Assembly: GCA_964187785.1 (NCBI GenBank)
Contig: OZ076415.1
Span: 60,946,001 to 61,010,000 of the forward strand
DNA length: 64,000 bases
Direction: 5' to 3'
DNA from: Amphiscolops sp. MND2022
Lineage: Eukaryota
The notes under the pieces were generated by a model. The model did not search any database, was not told the DNA's origin, and saw only the letters and a list, made by a program, of their open reading frames with translations. Below are positions 35,038-48,400 of this stretch, piece after piece (the stretch's first letter is position 1; every line of letters begins with the position of its first letter). Position numbers and translations under genes: made by a program.

Positions 35038-37568
35038 TATAGCGATATCAGATTTGGCCATTGAATCAACGAGAAAGAAGTCATTCAAACTAGAGGAAAT
35101 TATCAAAAAGGAATCGAATCAGATTTATCTATATTTACATTCTTCGGCGACATAAATAAAACAAGCGAAGATAAAAGATTCAGATAGAAATGATTTGTAG
35201 TAATTAGCATATTGAAATTTGCACAACGAACGACGATCAGACATTTATCAAGTTAATTCATATTCTAACTAAAAGCGCCCATAAGCTCTCGTGTTTCTTC
35301 GTTGAAATCTGCGCCTAAATTTTTCTAGCGATCTTTTCATTGCCCACTGAAGAAAGAATCAAAGGTTTTATTCAATACAGAACCAATACACTGTACTATG
35401 CAGTCAAAGTATACTCTATGCATTTCAAATACCAGATGTGTTTTGAATTCAGATGATCTTACTGCGTTTTTTCATCTTGTTCGACATATTCGTAAAAATT
35501 TTTTTCTGCAATGAATTGTCTAAAAATAATCGAAAAAGGCTTTGCTGCTACTCATTGCGAATTTTTGCCATATCTATATTTTGCGGATGAAATTACGTTA
35601 AACCCAAAATTACGTCATAATACAGTCGATTAAATTATTATCCTGAGATAATATGGAAATATTCGCATCTTAGGTGTTATGCAAAGTACTTTCTCAGCAT
35701 AACAGACTAGATTTTTCAAAAAATCCGGCCAAAAATTTGCAGACTTTTGCGAGATTACCTGTGCTGCACATATTGAAAGTTCTCTCATTACACCCAACAT
35801 TACAACCCAATCTAATCATATAAACACTGATCACATAAATCCAATTAAAAATTCGTCCCAAAAGTCTAAATTTGGTTGCATGGCTGGGAGCAAACATAAG
35901 CGTACCACTGTATGTTAGGAGCGGATGTTATGGTAAGTAGATTCCTATTATTCAGTTTTCAGCATGTTACTGCTGCACTGGTGGAAAGCAGAGAAGACGA
36001 AGAAAAGCATGCATCAAGAGAAGAGCCTTTGTTGTAAGCGACGACCTTTTCAGACGCAAGACACGATGCGTATTGAACGAGCTGATGTCTGATGCTGCAG
36101 CAGTTGTACGTGGTGGCTTCCTATTACCAACCAAGCTATTACCAACGACGGTCTGTTTCTCTCTCTTTTTTTAAAAAAAAATCGATTAAGCACCTCCGTC
36201 ATCTCTTGCATAAAATAGAACAGAACAACTCTACGTTTCTTCTATTGCTGCTATCATACAATAACACGAGGTCGTTCGCCACAGCAGAAAAGAACCCAAG
36301 TTTTCACCGCGGTTTGTATGTATAGTGCCACCGATCACGAGTAATAATTACGTCACTTAGTAGCCTCTTGATGCAAAAAAAAAGAGGAAACCCAACTTTG
36401 AATACTGCATGAAAAATGTCAAAATTTGTTCTTCGTTGGCATTAAAAGAATACACAAGCGTCGCTCAGTTTCGTTCAATTTGACTTCTATAATTCCTTTC
36501 ATATCAAAATAGTTTTTCAACGCTATGCAGTTAAGACAAAATCTTTATGAAAAAAATGCGATTCTTAATGGCCGAGTGTATATCTTGAAAAACCTCTTTT
36601 CAAACTGCATTTGCATTTTGATTGAAAAAAAAGTCTATGAAAAGGTTGCAACGTCAACGAAATGCTTGTGCTGATAGCTTCATATATGTTGTGCCGCAAT
36701 GTTTTTGGGACAATAGAGAAGCAACGGAGAAAAAACAATCATGCTTTAGCTTTATTTTTTTCCGGTGCCAATTTTACGTAATCTCACAGGCAAAATGCCT
36801 GATGCTTTCATGGCACCGTTTAAAAAGGCTTTCAATTTTTCACGCATGCCATAATGAACATTGTCAACGTCGATCAATTGCTTTCATCGTGAACCTCAGC
36901 TGTATTTTTAACGCAGTTAAGTTCGCTAGAGAAACTGAAAAATTAGATGTTATGGAAGCTAATTTGGCAACCTTTTCTGCAATTCGTGGAACGCTTAAAA
37001 ACCATTGACTTGAAAATTGATTAAGGTGCAAAAATTACAAATTTTTACTCAAAATTGGCACTTGTAACCGACTTCTTACTTATGAAGTATGGAAGTATTT
37101 TGAGAGCAACCCCCACAAAGAGTTAGCGGTCAACTCTCGAACTAAGAAAGAAACACGAGAGCGGAAGCTGCAATAGCTGATTGACATTTATTGCATTGAT
37201 TTTGCACGCGAAGTACTTCAAATCCAATTATTGCACATTCAAATAGACTATCAAAATTCTATTATTTCATTTAATTTCAGTAAATTTCTATCAAGTAAAC
37301 TAACAGCACATATTGCGTAATTCAGCAGCGAAGAACACTGAATAATAAAAAACGGATAGTATATTCAACACAAAGCAAGTGCTGGAAATAGAAAATACAC
37401 TTTTGATCGAATTGGGATGAAGCACCCTCTTCATTTTGCAGTTTGTGGTTTGTTTGTTCAACAAGTAGTCATCGGGTCACAAACCCCCACCCCCGAGACT
37501 CCCAAATGAATCACTGATGAGTTTTTGGTGGTTGTGGCGGTGGTTAGTGGTGGGAGGCCATGTCTATT

Positions 37569-37808
<240 letters not shown>

Positions 37809-38314
37809 TTAGTAACCCGATCTTCGACACCATATTGCCATCATGCAAAACTCCATGCATTTATAAAATTGGATGTCGATGTAACAATTTACAAAGGTCA
37901 TAAAAAGTTCAAAAACGAAGTTTTGCAGTGGAAACTCTTCCTGCATTCACCACGCTCACGCTCACATTGTAACGATACCACCAGCTTTGGCAGATTTTTC
38001 TACACTAACTTTAAACTTTAGTAAGTCGGCGCCATATCTAAGGCTCAAAAATAGCAAAAGGACTTCAAAGTGTCAAGTATTCTCCTCTGCAGTGCCCAAA
38101 TGGGGAAAAATTTTCCGATTTTTTTGAAGTCTCCGGTAAGTCGAAAAGATTTTCAAGTCAAAAATGGTTCGAAAAAGCGTTTAAGCCAAAAAATATATTT
38201 CAAGAACACAGTAACTTAAAAAGTGCGGTAAAAACATTTCCAAAATTTTTCAAGGTCCTTCTCAAAATTGAAGTAGAATGACTACTTGACTTGCATAGTG
38301 TGTATTGTTTGTAC

Positions 38315-38616
38315 CTGGAGGTTGAGGAGACTGTCGGATATGATTTGCAGGCCGGTGTCGCCGAAGTTGGTGGCCCACAGGTTGAGGTACTTGAGGCCCT
38401 TGAGTTTGGCAATGAGCTCGCCACTGTTGCTCGTGATGTTGGTGAAGGCCAGACTCAGCGACTCCAGGTTGCCAAAGTAGCCCCCACTCTGTAGCACCTG
38501 CATGAGATGGTAGTCTGACGACTTCGGCGGCAGAGACAGCATCGTCGGGCCCCCTTTCGACTGCAGCTCCTTCAGCTTACTGATCTCATCGCATGTCCGA
38601 CAGTACCTGTCATGTC
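38315..38616 (-). CDS. CMIP: CMIP exon 5 (LRR)
   Basis: LKELQSKGGPTMLSLPPKS...FGNLESLSLAFTNIT...LNLWATNFGDTGL. TTGCAG acceptor and GTACAA donor, phases consistent. Confidence 0.92.
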
Positions 38617-39204
38617 CTGCAATCAAATCGGCCAACATCAGTTCCATGAAATTAATATCTAATTCACTGTTGATACCCCGTATGGTGTACAAAATTCAAA
38701 CTATCATTTTTACAGCGGACACAGTCGGTGACCAATTTACAATTCGTCACTTTGAAAAGAAAGCGTCACTTTTTAAAAAAGGCGCACAAGGCGCAAAGGA
38801 CGCATCGGAAATTTTTCTTATTTCTTCGAAATGGATAAAAACGTCACGCGATACGATGAAACCACGACACTTTTTGGGGACAGTGGTTTTTGCAAGCACC
38901 AAAGGATCTCCTTTACCCCTACGCTAGCTTGACTTTGATTTCAGAAAATTTTCGAAAAGTCGTACCTGAAAAAATAGGTAACCCGAATAGTACTTCAAGA
39001 AATATTGAAAAGTCACAATCCATAACGCTACGGGGAACGTGGATTCATGAATTCCTTTACCCAATTGCAATAATTGACTGTCAAACAAGGCAATTTAGAG
39101 ACTTACGAACTAACACTTTTTGAAAATGGGATCATTTCCACATTCTCTTCTCACAACGTAGTGCATGTTTCGCTAGATATCTTTGCAAATTGGCACATTT
39201 CAGT

Positions 39205-39484
39205 CAGGGTTATGACTAATTAGCGGTTTAGCGAAGCGGGGAGATTTTATTAGAGATCTGATTTAGCGGTAACCATTTTATTAGAAAGCCGTGTAAAAGC
39301 CATTGGATATTGGCGTATTCTAAAATTTAGTTCTATTCACACGCAATTGCGCGCTTTTGTCGGTCAGTCTTGTTCCTTCACTGCGAAAAGTTTTTCTATT
39401 GTGCAAAAAATGTTCTACCTGATAGCTATTGCAAAATTAGCGGTTTAACGATAAGCAGTTACAGTAAGTGATGTTAGAACCCTG
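39205..39484. mobile_element. hAT-like MITE (same family as 33429-33806, opposite orientation) in CMIP intron 4
   Basis: CAGGGTTATGA...TAGAACCCTG; flanks ATTTCAGT / ATTTCAAT (7 of 8 match). Confidence 0.8.
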
Positions 39485-40833
39485 ATTTCAATTGTTTCGA
39501 AAAACTCCCATAAAGAGAAACGCAAACAAAGAAGCCGCCAAATCGTTGAATAGCTTTCCAACAGCTAAGGGAGAACTCAATCACTTCTGATCACGTATGA
39601 AAAAAAAACATCATACCTGGAAAATATTACGCTTCTCGCATGCTACAACGGAAAAACCCGAAACAAATGTAACGAAACCTAAAAATCTTAAGCTGCTAAC
39701 TCAAAGTAGCAAAAAGTAGACAGATTTTCACAACAAAAGCAATCTGGTAAGCCCTATGTAGAAATGGCTGGTTTGAAGCTTTGAAAGTTGTAGAAACATG
39801 GTCGTTACTAAAAAATTGTTAGAATCACTGCTGTTCAACATTCGCCATCTTCTCACATTTCCTTGGATTCGTACTTCAGAAGAACCGCAATCAGGAAGCA
39901 GCTATTTCTTACCGCGGAAAGTCTGAGGAGGAGGATTTCTAATCAAATAACACCGCCTTTCGAAGGTTCTTATTTCAGCTTTTTTAAACTCAATGCACCC
40001 GTCAAATTTACATAGCACGTTGCATGAGCATGCAAAAGAACGAGCACAAAAGATGCGAAAAATATCGGATGTCTTGAAGACATTTTCTATTTGCGGAAAG
40101 AAGCAACTTCAGACATTGAGTTCTATCTAAAATAAGGTTGGTAAAAACATGGCAGCATAGTTTGCAGCTGAGAGGCAACTTCATAGGAAGAGTCAACGTT
40201 CTTTGAAGCCATGGAGTGGAAACGGAAGAGCTGAAGTGTTTAATAGGCACTTTGCCTCGTGGCATCAGGCAAATGAAGCATAATTTATTTACAAACGAAA
40301 GATAATAGTACAAGCGCTAGCCTCCCATATCACTCCATAGAATACTAAGCAATATTTTCTACAGCGTGATCTCTAAATATAGCCACAGGCAAACAAAATA
40401 GTCGACAAGCACTAACTTGCCAACATACTCGATTCCATCGTTTTATAATGAATTGCAAAAACAGGTTATACAATTGTTGGCAGTAAAATATATTGCCAAT
40501 TTAGCGGCTTCAATATTCAACCCACAATCCACTTCAACTTTTCGAAGTTTATTCAATCTGATTTACATGGAAAAAAAAACATTTTCTAGACAAAAGATTC
40601 ATTACGATACATATGCCGCAAAAGTAGAATTTATCATCAAGTGTAAAGTGTATTTTCCGTAAAACGGGAGCGAACTGTATTCTAGTCGAACAGTGCAATG
40701 TGTTCATCGTGAATTTTGATACACAGTGTAATCAGAAATTGCGGATTGTGGTCATTGAGCGTAATTAGAGAAAAGTGGAAACCAGTCAAGAATTTCAACC
40801 TATAATTGGCTCAATTCCGTAACGTGTATAAAG

Positions 40834-40946
40834 CGTAAATTAGTCAATCTTTGACTAGAATTCACTTTTCGAGTACTCAGAAATATCTACCACGTAAATT
40901 AGTCAATGTTTGACTAGAATTCACTTTTCGAGTACTTAGAAATATC
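40834..40946. repeat. 59 bp tandem duplication with an internal AGTCAA/TTGACT inverted repeat
   Basis: CGTAAATTAGTCAAT(C/G)TTTGACTAGAATTCACTTTTCGAGTACT occurs twice. Confidence 0.85.
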
Positions 40947-41589
40947 ATTCATTGAAAACGGGGAAAGTGATCAAAGTTTGACTACTTTACACCAAACAAA
41001 CGATACATCGTATTGCTTTATTCAACAAAAACGCTTCACATTGCAATTTCAATCGGTAATTAGTTTGACTGTTTTACACTATTCACTTTGGCTGGTTTAG
41101 ACTATTTTGACTATTTTACACTAATTACATGCGTGAATTCACATGGGTAGGAACAGAAAAGAGCCTTAATGTATTGTTTTTTATCACCAAATATTGTGTA
41201 ATGATTGAGATTTTATGATTAGGTGTATGTTGGACAAAATACTAGTAGTCGATCAGACGAGCTATGATTGATTAGCCAAAAATTACTTAGGTTGGAATTG
41301 CAGTTAGATGAAATGTATCAGGTTGAAATTGTGAGCCGTTGAAATGGCAACTGTTGAAATTGCATAGAACGAAGTTTTGACAGGTTGGCATTGCTTGACA
41401 TTATTAGTGCATTAGACTGAACGATTTCATTCATTGAATGTTTGTTTGTTCCTACTGAAACCGTTGAAACAAACAGCCTCTTTTCTGTCTCCGACATTTG
41501 GCACAGAAAAGTATGTATGAATCTATTAGCTACAGAGTCGAAAAATTAGAAAAGGTGATTAGGTTCCGTCTTCTTTTGTCATTATAAAA

Positions 41590-41695
41590 GTTCGGGATTC
41601 GAACCCACATAATCTTGCTTTCAAACCACGCACGCTACCAATTTGGAAAAAAACTCTGACCGCGATTTGAACTCAGGACCTTCTGGATCTAAATA
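41590..41695 (-). repeat. Degenerate tRNA-derived (SINE-head-like) sequence, two B-box-like motifs
   Basis: GGGTTCGAATCCC and GAGTTCAAATC on the minus strand; no complete cloverleaf. Confidence 0.35.
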
Positions 41696-42153
41696 TTGCC
41701 GTCTAAAATCCTTTGACGTTTTCAGTGACTTCGGACATAATAATATTTGATTATGAATCATATTAGTAAACAGTGGATTTTTTAAAATCCATGGTTTTCT
41801 CCATGTGATTTCTAAAATCGCCTAAAATAGATGAATTCTTTTGAAGTTTTGATTCAAAATTATGTTCTTGAGAGTACGACTTGACACTTTGTCAGTAGGT
41901 CACAATCGATTCCTGTCTTACATGTCTTAAACGTCCACAGTAATTTTTACTGAAATTGTGCTGTCTACAATGCCAATAACACATGGACATTGTAAATCAC
42001 ATATTTGAATCAACAAGACCTAGCACAATTACAGCTATCTAGAGAAATGTTTGATCATCCAATTTTCCCGAAACCATAACCGAAAATGCTTTGTAATGGT
42101 CAAACTTAGTTTGAGAAGATTCGTTCCCAGAATCATGCTTCACTTTCTTGTTG

Positions 42154-42240
42154 TAAGAATGTGAACAAAAAAGGTTAATGGAAGAATGTGAACAAAAACG
42201 GTTAATGCAAGAATGTGAACAAAAAAGGTTAATGCAAGAG
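42154..42240. repeat. 27 bp minisatellite just inside CMIP intron 4
   Basis: AAGAATGTGAACAAAAAAGGTTAATG(G/C), about 3 units. Confidence 0.9.
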
Positions 42241-42265
42241 TGTAGGGACAGACAGATAGACATAC

Positions 42266-43566
42266 CTTCTTTACTGCTTTCAAGAGTAGAGATGACCTCG
42301 ACCCTGGTCTCTGCGGTGTCGAGGATCTCCATCTGCAGCATCATACACAGCAGTTCCATCATCTGCACGTTACCCTTGGAAGCGAGGAGCAGAATTGGCG
42401 ATAAGAAGTATGCTGAGAGGTACAGAATGAACTTCTTGCGGCGATAACAACAGTTGATGAGGGCACTTAGCATGTGACAGAATAGCGTGCCATTCTGCGA
42501 CTCAGTGGCAAGAAGACCCCCGGGTGCGAACAAGTGGAACCAGCCTAGCTTACCATCTCGCACTCCCAGAACACACGTGTGCACTTCGCACCTTTCGTCA
42601 CTCGCGAAAGACTGGATGATGGGTTCGATCCCCTCGATGAACGAGTCACATACTAGCACGTTTTTAGCAAAAGGAATTGGCTGCAGCAGAGGGGCCAAGC
42701 TGTACCTCCAGTCCTGGAATCTGCAAATGGATTTGAGTAGGAACAAGAAACATCGTATCGTCCGTTTATCTGACTCCGAAGAAACGTCTCTGCTGTGTGA
42801 AGAGGAATTGGGCAGTCCTGTATCGCTGTTTTCAGTGTAGAGCCCATTGTCAAAATCAACTGCCGACTCGCTGCTGAGACCTTGTTCACTGCCGTGGCGA
42901 CGTAGAGATACGCTCTCCTCTAGTTGGCCGGTGTCACCTTGGTACCTGTCTTCGAAGTAGTTTTTGTCAACAGGTTTGGCTATTTTGATGCCGTTGTAAA
43001 ACAAGTTGTCGTGACTACGGCACAACTGCAACGAAGCCAGACTCACAGCGACCAAGTTGCTGAGAACACGGATGTGGGGGCAGTTCTCATTGGATCCATG
43101 TGCATTGGCAACAAAAGTGTCAACTTGCTCTTCGAAGTCGAAATAGTTCATGAGTGCGAGAAAGAAATCAGCGATAAAATCTCGCACTTGCGGACGTTTT
43201 CCGAAGTCGTTGCTGTGTTTCAACAAGCACTGGACCAAGGGCGCGAACACGTCCAATAAATAGGGGGAGTTTGGGTACTGCACAAAAAAGTTGGACAAAT
43301 GTTGGCACAGGGCGTCTGACAAAACGTAGTTCTGCACGCAGAGTAGCAAAGGTTGCAAAATGTTGACCATTTCTATTATGGGCAACTGCTGCAAGTTTTC
43401 TCGGTTCTCACTGCACAGGGAATCAGAAAGCACGTCTAGTACTGACACTTTGACCTCTTCGTGTGATATTCTGCACAGAATGACGTACTCCACTAGACTC
43501 GTCAGCTCGGCCCGTACTTGTTGAGTTGTCTCTGCTTTCAACAGCAACAACCTCCCGTGGGCCAAC
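42266..43566 (-). CDS. CMIP: CMIP exon 4
   Basis: LLKHSNDFGKRPQVR, CPHIRVLSNLVAV, QPIPF, EVHTCVLGVRDGKLGWFHLFAPGG and VISTLES match CMIP. AACAG acceptor and GTATGT donor. Confidence 0.92.
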
Positions 43567-43951
43567 CTGTTGAACATTCAAACCAATTCAAAATCTAGTA
43601 AAAGCCTAAGTAACAAGAAAAACCTAATTTGAACACAAATTTTTCAAGAATTACTGATAAATTACAAAAAGTTGAACAAAAACATTCGATAAAAGTGCTT
43701 TTCATCCTACAGCTGAACTAACGAAAAACACCGCATATATTCATTGGTTGATAAAGGTCTCCATCAAAAGTTTTCGCAAATGAATTTTCAATCTTTTGAT
43801 TCAACTTTTTTTTCAATCTCAATCAGCGACGGCAGTTAATGGAATCATTTTTATACATTGATCATCTTTTAGCACTTCAAATATTGTAGAAAATTAGTGA
43901 CAATGCACGGTCTCTGGAGAAAGAGGATGTAAATTGTTCAGAAATAGAGAC

Positions 43952-44190
43952 CTGTTTCTCCAATGCAAAGTGTAGAACCACTGGCAACAGATGTGACTGT
44001 TTTTGGCTTGCAGAAGGATCTGGTGGTCTGCCAGCGTCACTCTGATGCACGGTCTGGACACGTGTCCCGGCTCCATGCATTCCTTCGAGTTCTCCTTGCG
44101 AGGCAGTATCTGAATATGTCTGATGTCGCTGTACCGAGTGCTGTGTTCTGTGGGTCGCGCTGTCGCGTTCGACTGACAAGTAAATCGATC
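43952..44190 (-). CDS. CMIP: CMIP exon 3 (PH domain)
   Basis: ILLQAKNSHICCQWFYTLHW matches CMIP [20 protein letters not shown]. ATCAG acceptor and GTCTCT donor. Confidence 0.85.
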
Positions 44191-45168
44191 CTGATGCAGC
44201 ACCAATGTTACGCTTTTTCGTATAACTTCTCATATTTTCCATTGTATTATTTAACAAGATGAGAGTTTTATGGGTAGCAAAAAAGCTCAAGGCTCAAAAG
44301 CGCAAAGTTTTTAAAATATGCACAGGGCGCTCTCAAGTAAAATTTCGAAAAAAGGGCGCCAAAAAATTTCCAAAGGGCACCTTTCGAGCTCGGAAAACGC
44401 TTTTCTGTGACTGAAAACATCAAAGAAACTTCAATTGGTGAGAAAACTTTTTTCTCGAAAAAGTCGCACAGTTCCGAAAACCTGAAGGGGTCCTTTGAGC
44501 TTTTGAAACTTATCGGCCCAGCTAAGAACGTGGGAAAAATTGGGGAAAAAGACTCTTTGGCAAAATATGAAAAATCCCGATAAGTTCAGTGTCGAAAAAC
44601 AGTAGGTAAAACTTTGAAAAACATTTTTGGTTGACTCTTTAGATCTCAGGCGTGAAGTCTATAAGAAATAACCTTTCCAGTGTGAGCTCTGTGGTCTGTA
44701 AAAAACAGTAAGTCGGGCATTTTTTTATAAAATGCGTCGACTATAAAGACTTTCAAAAAAATGTTGCGCTCTTTAACATCACATTCCAAAAACTATATGT
44801 TATTTTTCAGAGAAAATTTCCTGGTGTTCGAATATGTGATGAGCGAACCTCAAAAACATTCAATGCAGTATGCAAAATTCTTCATTGAATTTCAAACAGC
44901 TCAGAAAGTCCACCTCTACCGACCTTCATCAGACTCAAGTGTCTACAGATAGCTTATGCCCGTAACGCATTTTGAAAAAAACATAAGGAAAATTTTCCAA
45001 TCAATTGCAGACTTTCTTTTATTACGTTCTCAGCTATAGTCTTTCCAAAAGCTCAGATTAATTATTCACTGAATCTTAAAGTATTCAAACGAAAAACCGA
45101 GGGGTCGAATAATAGATATTTCACTCTATAGTGTTATCAAAGCCTGGAATGAAGCGTAAAAGGCGTGC

Positions 45169-45448
45169 CTGATAAAATCTTATTCGACAACTCTCCCATC
45201 GTTTGAAAACTCTGATCCAGAACAGTTTGCCCAGTGCACTGGAAAAGGGCGCACTCCGACACACTAGGATGTCCCCTTCATAGATGGGCTTGTAGCGAAC
45301 GATGCAGGCATTCTTGCCGTTTCCGTTCTCACCCCCAGAAGAAGTCTCGTAGATCTCCTCAGAACAATGGGCCACCTCTCCATCGTAGTCCAAAGAGATC
45401 GGTGTTATAGCATCGTCGTCACCATGTGCCTGCGCTTTCCAATGTACG
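45169..45448 (-). CDS. CMIP: CMIP exon 2 (start of PH domain)
   Basis: IYEGDILVC...KRWE matches CMIP IHEGDIQVC...RRWE. CTAAC branch site plus TTTCAG acceptor; the donor appears to be GC. Confidence 0.8.
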
Positions 45449-48400
45449 CTGAAATAACAGTGTTAGGTCAAGTGAACAAGAGGTCAAATGCTTTTGCACA
45501 TAATTGGGGGATCTGTTTTCTCGACGAATGATTGTCAAGGAAATTTGCTGCTAGCCAAAAGGCTGTGACCTGAGAAAGATACACTATGGCACAAAAAGCT
45601 AAAGACAGCTAATATCACAGGCGAAAACAAAAGCGCATTTTTCAAGACACGCGTTCGACAAAAAAAGTGCAAAGAGCAAAAGTTTCTCAGATTTTGTCCA
45701 GAATTGGAACGATTTTCTTTCGGAAATAAAGGAAATATCAAAAAGTTGTCACATGGTGTACTGAGGAATTTTTCGATTGTGGCTTTTTAAAGACGAGCGA
45801 GCAGACAGATTTGTATAAGTTTCTCCAACACGACTTTGGTACAATCATTTGGCATTGTGGATGTAAAGCAAGGGTGCGTGGGCAAGATCCCAAGATGGAC
45901 TTTTTTCTGATTTTCAAACGCAAACAAGTCCAGAGGGTCCCCAACTGGGTTTTGTGGCGCAGCGCGAATTTTTGAAAAATTTCTCAATTTCATTGAATGG
46001 TGCCCCTTTCAGTATTTTGTTTCTTTTTGCGACTTTTTGGAATAAATTTTTGAAAAAGAATCCAAAAAATGTTTTTCTGATGTTTTCCGTTCAGAAAAAT
46101 TTTTAGAGTATCCACGGTACCTCGGTCGGGTAGTTTTCGCCACTGTATGATAGAGAAGTTTCACAATAGTTATCACTTGAACATCTCAAACACTTTGTTG
46201 AAGCCTGAGCGGGCGCCAACATGTTAATAGCCGTTTTCGAGAAATTGCATGAGAAATTTTCGAAAAATGCCAAAAGTCAAAAATAAGCTAAACGTTTAAG
46301 TAGAAATATTCTAAGAAAAACTCTTTGACTCAGTAAATATTTGATATTTCTAGCTACTTTCGATATAGTTTTTTTTTCTGAAATAAAACAAAATCATGAA
46401 ATCTGGCTCAACTTAAATCAATCAAAAGGTGAATATGTTCCGATTGAAACAAATTCAAAGAAATGTTCGGAAAAAAATGCCAAATTTCGATTCTTAGGTA
46501 ATGCTTTCAGGACTATCGTCAGAGCAAAGGCTACCAGACAGATTGTTTCCCACAACAGTTAGATGGATGTTTGGATTTTATTAGGCATAACAAGGATTTA
46601 AAAAATTCAGTTCGGTTCAACACGGTTTCTTGTCACAAATTGCAACTTTATATGCAAAATATTGGTCCCACAAAGGCGAGGAGAATCTCCTCATTTCACG
46701 TAATCAAGAAATGTGTTAAAAAACAGTCCTTTTATGCAAATTGCAATATAAAAATCCGGAGAGTAATTCAGTTCAGCTGGCTGAAATACGTATTCCGTAC
46801 AGCATTCGAATAACACGTGAATGTTGCAACTATGTAAATTCATGCACTGGTACTGGGATGGCATTCCCAATTGTGAGGGGGATCAATCAATTTACTTCAC
46901 AACAACAACACAATTGTGCCGTTCAACATAGTATTAAGCTTGGCTCCAGGGACTACGAAGAGTGAGAAAATCGAACAACGTCACCAACCAATTTCCTGTG
47001 CAGACAAACTGTACACTGATACCGGATCAACACAACACGTAAACTTTCATTTGGACACTTATTGCACGGAATAGCGCAATAGAACACCCGGCGAATGCAG
47101 CAACACAACAACTTACAAAAGCTACATCGCTCTCAGTATCAATTTTAATTGATGCCTCGGGAAAATTGACCGCTACATCGGATTAAACTCAATAAAAACT
47201 GAAGCAACCGACATTTTCTACTTCAAATATTAATTAAGTTGACTATGTTGAAGAACCTAAGCCATCGAGATCTGAGACATTTGCACTGATCACGTTAGAA
47301 CATTTGTTTACAGCACATATTTGTCTCATATTTGTCAGCACATGAAAAATGTGTTTCGGTACGCACGGTCCCTTTAGAAAGAGTTATAAAGTTTACAGTA
47401 CAGGGAAATTTTAGTCTGTGCTTCTTAGTAAAAAGTGAAAGACTTACAATGGCAAGTTTGTTTTGTCAATCACACTGTAACATCCACTTTTATAAATGTC
47501 CATGAATTTAACCTAGCAATGCCGTGGTCCCGCCTTTTGGTTAACGCGGATTTCCAGGCTTGGTGACGGCGCCTGAGTCCCGCAGTCAACCCCTTCAATT
47601 TTAGCAGAAACAAAGCGTTTTACAAGCATAGAAGACTCTTAGAGTTTTCCGGCACTATGCGACTTATCGAATACATTTTTGAAAAATTTGTAAAAAAAAT
47701 CAAAAAAACTCAATTTTTTCGAGTTTTCTGTTACGCAAAAGCGTTTTCTAGTCTCAAGGATTACAATTTCGGTTATTTCTAAGTCCAGTGGGACTGATGA
47801 GTTTTCTCAATAACTGTGGAAAAAGACCTACGGATTTTTCGACACTGTGCGACTTTTTTTCGAAAACTTTCATTTGGTCGAATGTTACCTCTTTCACTTT
47901 AAAAAAATTTTGGCTTGGAAAAAACATTTTTTGAGAACTTAGATGGTCTCCTTCTCGGAAGTTCTTCGGTAAAGATTTTTTTCGGAAAGAAAAATTTTCG
48001 ACACTTTTTCCAAAGATTGAGTAATTTGATGTCTCGAGTTGGGGTAAAAGCGGCTTTCGAGTCTTATGTGTATCCCTTTGGGTATTTTTTGGCACTGTAA
48101 ATTTGATAACAATATTCACAATAAGGTCGCTTCGCATATTCAAAACATTGCTCTTTATCAACCTTCAGCGGGACTCGAAGTTCAAGTTATACAGTGTATC
48201 GGAATTGTATTGCATGTTCTGTCAAACAAACACATTACACCTTCCTGCAGCAGTAAAAAAGCCTTTTTTGAGAGTGAAATTCCCTAAATTCGAGCAAAAA
48301 ATGCCAAGACCACAGAATGCAGAGAGGTTGCAACAAAGACAAGGACGGTTTGGTTGTCAAGAGAACAAAAGTGGACGGTAATTTCAATGTGTATGGGAAA

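Noticed and set aside
35990-36330. GC-richer patch as a possible exon of another gene
   Set aside because: No recognisable motif and no splice partner found.
41590-41695. Functional tRNA genes
   Set aside because: Only B-box-like remnants; the acceptor stem cannot be formed.
42178-43259. Plus-strand ORFs over CMIP exon 4
   Set aside because: Antisense shadow frames of a GC-richer exon, partly made of minisatellite.
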